Origin: a virus
Taxonomy: Duplodnaviria > Caudoviricetes
Direction: 5' to 3' (one strand)
DNA: 33,969 bases
Virus record (IMG/VR): IMGVR_UViG_3300033406_000027
Location: 1-33,969 of that record
In this document: piece by piece, positions 26,190 through 33,280 of the stretch
Layout of the letters: each line of letters opens with the position of its first letter
How positions within the stretch are numbered: the stretch's first letter is position 1
Program-made: the position numbers and the translations under genes
The notes under the pieces: generated by a model
What the model saw: the letters and a program-made list of their open reading frames with translations, nothing else
Told to the model about the DNA's origin: nothing
The model's database searches: none

Positions 26190-27065
26190 ATGAATGTAGT
26201 CGAACTCGAAAAACTGGTGCTACCGTACCTCATAAAACTTGCTGAATCGCCGCCAGTGCAGGCTGAAATTGAAGCCGCCAAGGTGGCGATTTTTAATATT
26301 GTTGAGGCAGAAGCGGCCAAAGCCATACCTTACGGTTTAAGGACTATCACCCGCTTTTTGCGGTGGATATATAAAAAATTTAAGGGAGATGTTTTTATGT
26401 CAGACGAAACCACAGTAACCACAACTTCGGAGGAAACCACAACTACTGTAACGGATGATGCTACTACCACTGATACCACGGGCACCACTACCGAAGATTC
26501 CGAAACCACTACGGAAGAAACCGTCACCACTGGCAGCGCAACGATTACGGTCCAGAATAGTGCCGGCACAGCACTAGAAGGCGCAACTATTACCTACGCT
26601 GTAAGTGCATTATCTTGTGATGTCACAACTGATTCTACTGGTCAGGTGACCGTTGAGGGCCTAGACGCTGGCACGTATACATTTACCGCGGCATTGAACG
26701 GCTATGCGGATGGCACTGTCGATGTTACTGTGACTGCCGGGGGAACTGCTACCGGAACCATTACTTTAACCGCAACTACAACTGAGGAGGAATCTACCGT
26801 GTCAACTATTACCGATACCGCTACCGAGGCCGCAGAAGCCGCCGTTATTACTAGTCTTGTAACCACGTCAACTTCGACTACTACTGGTATTTCTGATGCT
26901 ATCACAGCCAAGATCAAAGAGTTAACCGCCGAAATTGGCACTACTGACAGCGTATGGGTTAAGGCTCGTAATAGCGTAGAAATTGCGGCTATGGCTGGGG
27001 CATTGGCTGGTCTTGTTGCTGGAATGAAGAGTGGATTAGAAGAACTCAAAGATAAAATATCCTAA
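26190..27065 (+). CDS. Lysis-region modular protein: amphipathic N-terminus, Thr-rich linkers, carboxypeptidase-regulatory-like beta domain, C-terminal helical/hydrophobic domain
   Basis: AAGGAGG RBS; ATITVQNSAGTALEGATI...GLDAGTYTFTAALNGY; internal in-frame RBS plus starts at 26397 and 26799. Confidence 0.8.
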   Translation: MNVVELEKLVLPYLIKLAESPPVQAEIEAAKVAIFNIVEAEAAKAIPYGLRTITRFLRWIYKKFKGDVFMSDETTVTTTSEETTTTVTDDATTTDTTGTTTEDSETTTEETVTTGSATITVQNSAGTALEGATITYAVSALSCDVTTDSTGQVTVEGLDAGTYTFTAALNGYADGTVDVTVTAGGTATGTITLTATTTEEESTVSTITDTATEAAEAAVITSLVTTSTSTTTGISDAITAKIKELTAEIGTTDSVWVKARNSVEIAAMAGALAGLVAGMKSGLEELKDKIS

Positions 27066-27073
27066 TGATAATC

Positions 27074-27107
27074 GGCCCGGTCTTAATTGATCGGGCCTTT
27101 CTTTTTT
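27074..27107 (+). terminator. Intrinsic terminator
   Basis: GGCCCGGTC-TTAATT-GATCGGGCC followed by TTTCTTTTTT. Confidence 0.8.
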
Positions 27108-27126
27108 ATATGGGAGGGAGATTTAT

Positions 27127-27420
27127 TTGGCTAAAATTCGTTGTATTAAAAATGAGCATAACCCGGACCGTGAAGAATACGTGTTCCGCTGTCCAGGATG
27201 TAATGATTTGCATGTGATCAATAATACTTGGACGTTTAACGGTGACGTTGGTAAACCGACATTTAACCCCTCGGTATTGGTAAACCGTAATAAACTTAAC
27301 CCGGCTATGCCAGTGTGTCACAGCTTTATTCGTGACGGTAAAATCCAATTTTTAAATGATTGTACCCATGGACTTGCAGGCCAAACCGTTGATTTAGATG
27401 ATTTTATTGGAGGGGATTAG
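27127..27420 (+). CDS. DUF6527-like metal-binding protein
   Basis: FRCPGC..H, WTFNGD..KPTFNPSVL and CHSFIRDGKIQFLNDCTH. Confidence 0.75.
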   Translation: MAKIRCIKNEHNPDREEYVFRCPGCNDLHVINNTWTFNGDVGKPTFNPSVLVNRNKLNPAMPVCHSFIRDGKIQFLNDCTHGLAGQTVDLDDFIGGD

Positions 27421-27421
27421 T

Positions 27422-27886
27422 ATGGCAAAGGTAAATGTGTTATTTTCCTATCCGGTTACCGAATTTGGCAAAATAATTGATTGGGCAGAAGGTCCCGGCT
27501 CAGACCCAAGTCACGCCGCTATTATTATGCTTGGTGGAATATTAGAAGCGCTTGATAATGGATTTGTGAAGTCGCCGCTAACTGCCTATGATGGATTTAA
27601 GACGACGATATTATCCGTTGATGTGCCGAATATAGCAGAGGCGGAAAAAGAGGCACAGAAATTATTGGGTACTCCTTATGGATATCGGGCATGTCTCGAC
27701 GGCGGTCTACACGATCTTTTAGGTGTGACTGTGCCAGGTGATGGTGAAAAGACGGTTGACTGTTCGGAGGCAGTATGCAGAATTCTACAGGCAGGTGGAT
27801 TGGAGATATTTACGGATTTTTCAGCAGATAATGTTACGCCGGCGGATTTGCTGAAGAAGTTGCAGACGTTGGCGGTGGGATTATGA
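27422..27886 (+). CDS. Permuted papain-like (YiiX/YaeF, NlpC/P60-related) peptidase or amidase
   Basis: His (SHAAI) precedes Cys (DCSEAV); GTPYGY and VTPADL; ATG 27422 after GGAGGGG. Confidence 0.8.
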   Translation: MAKVNVLFSYPVTEFGKIIDWAEGPGSDPSHAAIIMLGGILEALDNGFVKSPLTAYDGFKTTILSVDVPNIAEAEKEAQKLLGTPYGYRACLDGGLHDLLGVTVPGDGEKTVDCSEAVCRILQAGGLEIFTDFSADNVTPADLLKKLQTLAVGL

Positions 27887-27954
27887 AGATACCAGATTTT
27901 AAGTTTACGGTGGATATAATTCCGTTCTTGAGGAAATGGTTTGGTAGGAAATAA
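27883..27954 (+). CDS. 23-aa cationic amphipathic peptide MKIPDFKFTVDIIPFLRKWFGRK (not in the ORF track)
   Basis: ATGA overlap with the upstream stop; GGTGGGA upstream; ends just before the operon terminator. Confidence 0.45.
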   Translation: MKIPDFKFTVDIIPFLRKWFGRK

Positions 27955-27976
27955 CCAGTTTTTTGTGATAATAAAT

Positions 27977-28008
27977 AACCCTTCCATCATTCAGGACGGA
28001 GGGGTTTT
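27977..28008. terminator. Terminator between convergent units (end of the late operon)
   Basis: AACCCTTCC...GGAGGGGTT followed by TT. Confidence 0.6.
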
Positions 28009-28102
28009 GGAAGGTTTACAAGTAGTCATCGAACTAATACGTGGTTAATGTCATTTAAATTTTATTGTTCTTCTTATACTACTTTCTTCATTATAAATTA
28101 AA

Positions 28103-29575
28103 TTAACCTTGCGTTGTCGAAAACCATATACTTACATCATCATCCATACCTTTCCATGCCATATGCAAATTACCCTTATATTCCGCTAAGGCGGGAGAGT
28201 CGCTTGTACCCCGCCCTTCTCCCGCTAACTGTTGAGGCATCCATGGTACCGAAAAATTATTATTATAATAAGAAACCCACATTCTTGTGTCGCCGCCACA
28301 ACCTTGCCAAGCCATATATAATTTGTTGTGAAAGACTGCCAACGCAGGTGCGTGACTAGTGCATATATCTCTGACTTTGCCTGGTATCTTCCATAATGAT
28401 CCATCAAAATTTGAATAATATATAGCAGGATCATCACCTATACTTCTCCAAGCCATGTATAGTTTCCCATTCCAGGATGCCAAGGTAGGTGCCTGGCTTG
28501 TACCTTGTTCTCCGATTGCTATTTGTTGTGGTTTCCATGATGCTCCATCAAAATAAGAAAACCATATTTTTGTATCGCCGCCACAACCTTGCCAAGCCAT
28601 GTAAAGTTTACCATTATAAAAGGCTAAGGCAGGCACATGACTTGTTCCAAAATCCCTAGCTTTTTGTTGTGGTTTCCATAATGACCCATCAAATTCTGAA
28701 TAATATATAGCAGGATCATCACCTATGCTTCTCCAAGCCATGTATAGTTTCCCATTATAAGTTGCCAAGGCAGGAGCATTGCTTTTACCAAAATCACCAA
28801 GCGCTCTTTGTTGTGGCGCCCATAAGTCTCCATCATAATAGCTAAACCACATACCATCATCGCCACAACCTCGCCAAGCCATGTATAATTTGTCTTTATA
28901 GACAGCTAATGCAGGGGCATTGTGTGAGCCTCCAGATATCTCAGTTGCTTTTTGTTCCGTCCAGGAAATCTCTAGTGGAGCAACTTCTAAGTTTGACTCT
29001 ACCCAATAATCAGAATTATCTCCACAAAACGATGGTGATTCGGAACCAGGGTAATGTAAATTATATGATTTAGTGTGATTTTTAATATCAGAAGATTTGA
29101 AGGTTAACGTATCAGCAGCGACTATCCCATCGCAGCGGCCTGGCTTAAAGTAACTACCTAAGATATCAATTATTATACCTGTAGCTACCCCAAGAATTGT
29201 ACCTATTGGTCCACCTAAAGACCCGATAGTTGCGCCAGTTACTGCTGAGCTCGCTGCTTTTGCGGCTAACTGAGTTGCAGCTTGTTCGAGAATAACAAGA
29301 TCACCATCATTAACATTTGCGACGATGTATCCAAGAGAGATATTCTGATCTGAATCAGGGCCAACAAAAAATTCAATACTATGCTGGTTATCAATATTTT
29401 GTTGATCTAAATCATAATATCCGCTTTTCCGGTCCCCTAGGTTAAACGAAGTTTTCGACACTTCTGTACCATTTATGGTAGCTACTATTGAAACACTTAG
29501 TGTATCATTTAATGCAGAACGTAATTCATTGATTTTTATTGCTTTCATAGTAAATTTATATTTTTCTTTATCCAC
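28103..29575 (-). CDS. Moron: N-terminal glycine-zipper-containing domain plus six-bladed beta-propeller (fucose-lectin-like repeats)
   Basis: Six P(A/T)LA.....L(Y/H)MAW repeats; GATIGSLGGPIGTILGVATG; AT-rich; opposite strand. Confidence 0.8.
   Translation of the reverse strand: MDKEKYKFTMKAIKINELRSALNDTLSVSIVATINGTEVSKTSFNLGDRKSGYYDLDQQNIDNQHSIEFFVGPDSDQNISLGYIVANVNDGDLVILEQAATQLAAKAASSAVTGATIGSLGGPIGTILGVATGIIIDILGSYFKPGRCDGIVAADTLTFKSSDIKNHTKSYNLHYPGSESPSFCGDNSDYWVESNLEVAPLEISWTEQKATEISGGSHNAPALAVYKDKLYMAWRGCGDDGMWFSYYDGDLWAPQQRALGDFGKSNAPALATYNGKLYMAWRSIGDDPAIYYSEFDGSLWKPQQKARDFGTSHVPALAFYNGKLYMAWQGCGGDTKIWFSYFDGASWKPQQIAIGEQGTSQAPTLASWNGKLYMAWRSIGDDPAIYYSNFDGSLWKIPGKVRDICTSHAPALAVFHNKLYMAWQGCGGDTRMWVSYYNNNFSVPWMPQQLAGEGRGTSDSPALAEYKGNLHMAWKGMDDDVSIWFSTTQG
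28290..28756. repeat. 285-bp-period internal duplication (two-blade unit)
   Basis: 28412-28471 vs 28697-28756 differ at 1 nt; 28290-28315 is identical to 28575-28600. Confidence 0.9.
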
Positions 29576-29747
29576 GTATTTTCACTCATTTCTAAAGTTT
29601 TATTAGCATGTTTATATAAATGTACGAATCTTCCCAATGAAATTATTGTATCCAACTGTAGATGGTTTATTCATAATAATACTAAATCAAAAATAGTCAG
29701 TGTTGATAGGGGTTTTTACTTTTCTCGAACATTTTTACCCTTTTTAC

Positions 29748-29776
29748 TTGATTTGTTACCCGCCTAGAATTATAAT
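29748..29776 (+). promoter_or_regulatory. sigmaA promoter TTGATT-N17-TATAAT
   Basis: -35 at 29748-29753, -10 at 29771-29776. Confidence 0.7.
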
Positions 29777-29783
29777 GATTATA

Positions 29784-29797
29784 CGAACAAATGTTCT
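29784..29797. promoter_or_regulatory. Firmicute LexA/DinR (SOS) box CGAACAAATGTTCT
   Basis: GAAC-N4-GTTC palindrome at the predicted transcription start. Confidence 0.8.
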
Positions 29798-29814
29798 CTT
29801 GAGGGCGGGTACAA

Positions 29815-30045
29815 ATGGGTAAAACATTCGTTGAGATAACAGCAATGCATTGTGTGGATGGCTCGGTTCGTCCTCTGACTCTGAAATGGCAAGATGGCCG
29901 AGTGTTCGAAATTGATCGGCTTATTGATGTACGCAAAGCTGCTTCTCTAAATGCTGGTGGCTTGGGGATACGATACACTTGCAAGATAATGGGTAAGCAG
30001 ATTTATTTGTTTGATGAAGAAGGCCGTTGGTTTATTGAGAAATGA
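29815..30045 (+). CDS. 76-aa conserved Firmicute protein, predicted SOS-inducible
   Basis: PLTLKWQDGRVFEIDRLIDVRKAASLNAGGLGIRYTC; own promoter, SOS box and terminator. Confidence 0.85.
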   Translation: MGKTFVEITAMHCVDGSVRPLTLKWQDGRVFEIDRLIDVRKAASLNAGGLGIRYTCKIMGKQIYLFDEEGRWFIEK

Positions 30046-30048
30046 GCG

Positions 30049-30077
30049 AACCCCCTGGCATGTGGCCAGGGGGTTTT
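30049..30077. terminator. Terminator between convergent genes, possibly bidirectional
   Basis: AACCCCCTGGC-ATGTG-GCCAGGGGGTT followed by TT. Confidence 0.85.
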
Positions 30078-30081
30078 GATG

Positions 30082-30672
30082 TCATAATGAAGATGTATCT
30101 ATCGTTAGTTCTTGTAGGGCTTTTTCAAGCGCTTCGTTATATGCTTTATCAAATGATGGTACTCCGGCGTATATGGCAGTGCTCTTACCATCCTTAATAA
30201 TCTGCTTGCTAACGACATATTCGCCTGTAGCAATATTTAATAACCGCACATCGCAGGTAACGGTTGTTTTAAAAGATACGGAAAGTAAGCCAGAACTGAC
30301 TCTTGGAGGACCGTTTGTTATTATAATAAATAACGCATAGTCAGCGTTGAGCGATTGGCCGATCTGCTGAATATCTTTCCGGTTTACAGGCTGTGAGTAG
30401 TATTGATTTACTATCATTCGATTATCTTCCTTATAAGTACGTAAAGCCATATCGGTTTTGTCATATGGAAGAATATCAAATTTGAACTTCGGAAAGATAG
30501 CTCGTACCTTTTCGGGAACCATAGTTCTTACTATTTCATTATTAACATAGGACATTGGGGCTTCAAGAAATATACCAACGGTTTTAGGTTGGTATTCTGT
30601 ATCAAAATTATCTGCGTATGCAACTGCTGTGAAAGAAAATATAAGGAGAAGAAATAACAGAATCCTTTTCAT
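30082..30672 (-). CDS. Exported alpha/beta protein (CsgG/TolB-N-like flavour), moron
   Basis: Signal peptide MKRILLFLLLIFSFTAVAYA; IGQSLNADYAL and VRLLNIATGE; GGGAGG RBS. Confidence 0.8.
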   Translation of the reverse strand: MKRILLFLLLIFSFTAVAYADNFDTEYQPKTVGIFLEAPMSYVNNEIVRTMVPEKVRAIFPKFKFDILPYDKTDMALRTYKEDNRMIVNQYYSQPVNRKDIQQIGQSLNADYALFIIITNGPPRVSSGLLSVSFKTTVTCDVRLLNIATGEYVVSKQIIKDGKSTAIYAGVPSFDKAYNEALEKALQELTIDTSSL

Positions 30673-30754
30673 TTTAAACCTCCCAAAAAAGGTATTTTTT
30701 TATATATTATAGAATTACCATAATATACCATGATATTCCTGCAAGGATGATAAT

Positions 30755-30967
30755 ATGTTGAAAAATAAATTGAAACTGATAAGATTAGAATTTGCTGTTA
30801 AGCATGGACACGACGTGTCACAAACGGAGTTTGCTGATTATTTAGGAGTAAAAATATCACAATATAATCGATATGAATTGCAAAAACAACAGCCGGAAAT
30901 TGAAACTGCTTTTCGGATATCACGCAAATTAGGCTGCAAAGTTGATGACTTATTTGATTACGAATAA
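30755..30967 (+). CDS. XRE-family HTH regulator
   Basis: SQTEFADYLGV..SQYNRYE...QPEIETAFRISRKLGCKVDDLF. Confidence 0.92.
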   Translation: MLKNKLKLIRLEFAVKHGHDVSQTEFADYLGVKISQYNRYELQKQQPEIETAFRISRKLGCKVDDLFDYE

Positions 30968-31063
30968 GTCTATTTTTTCATCTATATTATTCCCTAGGAC
31001 ATACATTATTTATACTCTTAAGCAATAGATATATACCAAGAAGTTGAAGGAGGTATATACCTA

Positions 31064-31258
31064 ATGGCACAACAAATAACGGTCAAATTACCTGACGCGG
31101 TGCACGCATATTTGTTACGGCAAGGTGATCCAGAGGAGCATTTAGTGACTTTAGTTACCCAGGATATGCTTATGAATAATGCTCGCAATTTCATGGGCAT
31201 TGACGAACCAAAACGTCGCCGCCGGAGCGCAGCCAGTTCAGGAAGTGATGACGAATGA
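31064..31258 (+). CDS. Small ribbon-helix-helix-like protein
   Basis: AAGGAGGT RBS; QITVKLPDAVHAYL strand-helix pattern; ATGA coupling to the FtsK gene. Confidence 0.6.
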   Translation: MAQQITVKLPDAVHAYLLRQGDPEEHLVTLVTQDMLMNNARNFMGIDEPKRRRRSAASSGSDDE

Positions 31259-32391
31259 GTGAATCGAGTCTACTGCAACCGCTACTTAATCGGGCAAAAA
31301 AGAAGATCGCTCAAATGGTTGGGCGTGAGACTCCACTAATTGTCCGCGAAGTTATTGATGCACTGTGGGAGGAAAACCGTAGGCCACTGATCCACAAGGA
31401 AGAAAAAACAGGGGCGGGGTGGGACTTTGTTATTACCCTGCCCCCATCCCTCTCTCACCAGGACTTTATTAAGAAGCTAGACTATTTCAAAGACCATACC
31501 GGGATACAAAACATTGAAGTCAAACGCCAAGGCAAAGGCATTTTTATGCGCTTTATCGATGACACTCTACAGGACTACTACGAGTATGATTGGCAATATC
31601 CAAAGAAAGGTACTCTGCCGATCCCTCTAGGCTATACGCCTCAGGGACTGGTCACAACCGATCTGGCCGACATACCCCATGTACTGGTGGCCGGCACGAC
31701 TGGCGGGGGAAAAAGTAATATGCTGCATGTTTGGATTAACTCATTATTAAATCTGCCGGCCCCGCCGCTGATGGTTGTTATCGATTTGAAAATGGCTGAG
31801 TATGCTTATTTAAAAAATCACTTGGCGCTGATTGTAGATCCCGACAATGCTAGGAATATGCTTGCGTCAATGGTCCGCGAAATGCGCCGACGGCAAGAAT
31901 GTTTTATGGCCACACTAACCGTCAACATCAAAAAATACAACAGCCATTATCCCAATGAGGCAATGCGGCACATTGTATGCATCGTTGACGAACTTGGCGA
32001 GTTAGGAGATAAAAGAGCATTGGGGCATTTAGATAGTTTGCTCCGGCTCTCCCGATCGGCAGGGTTTTCTTTTGTGCTGGCAACACAACGGCCCAGTAGC
32101 ACGTTTTTGGCTGAAAAATCATTCGGGGATTTAAAGGCTAATCTACGTGGTCGCTTGGCGCTGGGCGTGACGGACAATATCAATAGTAAGATTATTCTCG
32201 ATGATACTAGGGCCGCAACTATGGCCGATTTGCCGGGCCGGGCGATGTGGAAGTTAGGAAATAAGTTCACCGAAATACAAACGCCTTATCTGGATCCAGA
32301 GAGCGTGGAGGTAAGAAAAAGATTGACGGCGCTACCAAGGCAGGTGATATTTGATGAATCACCAACAGCAATCCAAAGCCCGCGATTTTGA
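31255..32391 (+). CDS. FtsK/SpoIIIE-family DNA translocase ATPase (motor only)
   Basis: PHVLVAGTTGGGKS, IDLKMAE, CIVDELGEL, LATQRPS and LPGRA; no TM segment or gamma domain visible. Confidence 0.93.
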   Translation: MSESSLLQPLLNRAKKKIAQMVGRETPLIVREVIDALWEENRRPLIHKEEKTGAGWDFVITLPPSLSHQDFIKKLDYFKDHTGIQNIEVKRQGKGIFMRFIDDTLQDYYEYDWQYPKKGTLPIPLGYTPQGLVTTDLADIPHVLVAGTTGGGKSNMLHVWINSLLNLPAPPLMVVIDLKMAEYAYLKNHLALIVDPDNARNMLASMVREMRRRQECFMATLTVNIKKYNSHYPNEAMRHIVCIVDELGELGDKRALGHLDSLLRLSRSAGFSFVLATQRPSSTFLAEKSFGDLKANLRGRLALGVTDNINSKIILDDTRAATMADLPGRAMWKLGNKFTEIQTPYLDPESVEVRKRLTALPRQVIFDESPTAIQSPRF

Positions 32392-32884
32392 AATAGTAAA
32401 GGCTTTAGAGTCATGGCGAGCGCTATCGACGCGGCAGTTACAGGTGATGTTTTTTCCATCGCTAAGAGTTGCTCGCCGTAGATTGAGTATTTTAGCCGAG
32501 CGCAATAAGATAAAGTTTATCCGCGAATATGATAACCCTGCATGGTATTTCATTAGTAAAGAGCCTAAACAGATTGAGCGATACATCACACTTAACTGGA
32601 TTCGTTTATGGCTTTATAAAAACAAGAAATGCCAGGAATGGATATATGATATCGAAACCTATAGTTCACAGGCACGAGCCTTTGACCCGTGGGAAGGTAA
32701 ATGGACTGAAATTAGTGTTGAGTATAATCCGGCGGGTAATTTTGAAAATGAGACGGAAAGTGCATGGAGCTTCGGAACAATTATAAAGGAAGAAAAAGAA
32801 AAAATAAAACGGCTAATGGTAGCTGAAACACCAAAAAAAGGTGTCCTTACCATGGCCGAAATTATGGAGGCTTTTGCGTTATGA
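32351..32884 (+). CDS. Replication-relaxation (Replic_Relax)-like winged-helix protein
   Basis: RDFEIVKALESWRALSTRQLQVMFFPS.RVARRRL N-terminus; overlaps the FtsK 3' end. Confidence 0.72.
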   Translation: MMNHQQQSKARDFEIVKALESWRALSTRQLQVMFFPSLRVARRRLSILAERNKIKFIREYDNPAWYFISKEPKQIERYITLNWIRLWLYKNKKCQEWIYDIETYSSQARAFDPWEGKWTEISVEYNPAGNFENETESAWSFGTIIKEEKEKIKRLMVAETPKKGVLTMAEIMEAFAL

Positions 32885-33168
32885 AGGTTGTTGTTATGGT
32901 ACTTACAGCAGTTTTTGTTCCGGCTCTAGCCTTTGCCGGGCTTGCCAGCGTGATTGGTGAAACGTTTGGACCAGGCGGCCCAGCGCATCCGGTGGTTTGG
33001 TTGATAGGGTTGTCCGTTGGTCGCTGGCTGATCAAGACGGTTGTCTCTATTACGGGAGGTTCGTCCGGGCAGTGGATTGATATGATTGTGCGCTGCGCGG
33101 AGATCGGGATTGTTATAGCGGCGGTCTATGCCTTGCTAAATACGGCTTTTAACCTACTGGGGTTGTAG
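32881..33168 (+). CDS. Small membrane protein with a SpoIIIAC-like helical hairpin
   Basis: ATGA coupling; GGAGG RBS; WLIGLSV..LIKTVV...G...GQWIDMI pattern. Confidence 0.7.
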   Translation: MKVVVMVLTAVFVPALAFAGLASVIGETFGPGGPAHPVVWLIGLSVGRWLIKTVVSITGGSSGQWIDMIVRCAEIGIVIAAVYALLNTAFNLLGL

Positions 33169-33280
33169 TTTTCCTTGTACCTTTACCTGTACCCATTATT
33201 GGGGAGGGGGTGTATAGATAAAGCCTCTCCAGTCAGCGAAAAACCTGGAACCTACGAAATGTAAGGGGGGTTATAATGGG

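Noticed and set aside
412-27990. Many minus-strand ORFs of 60-126 aa opposite early and structural genes
   Set aside because: They lie antisense to well-supported genes and show no recognisable motifs; treated as shadow frames.
21557-29575. Diversity-generating retroelement or invertible fibre cassette
   Set aside because: No reverse transcriptase or invertase in the window; the repeats are intragenic domain duplications without an adenine-specific mismatch pattern or flanking inverted sites.
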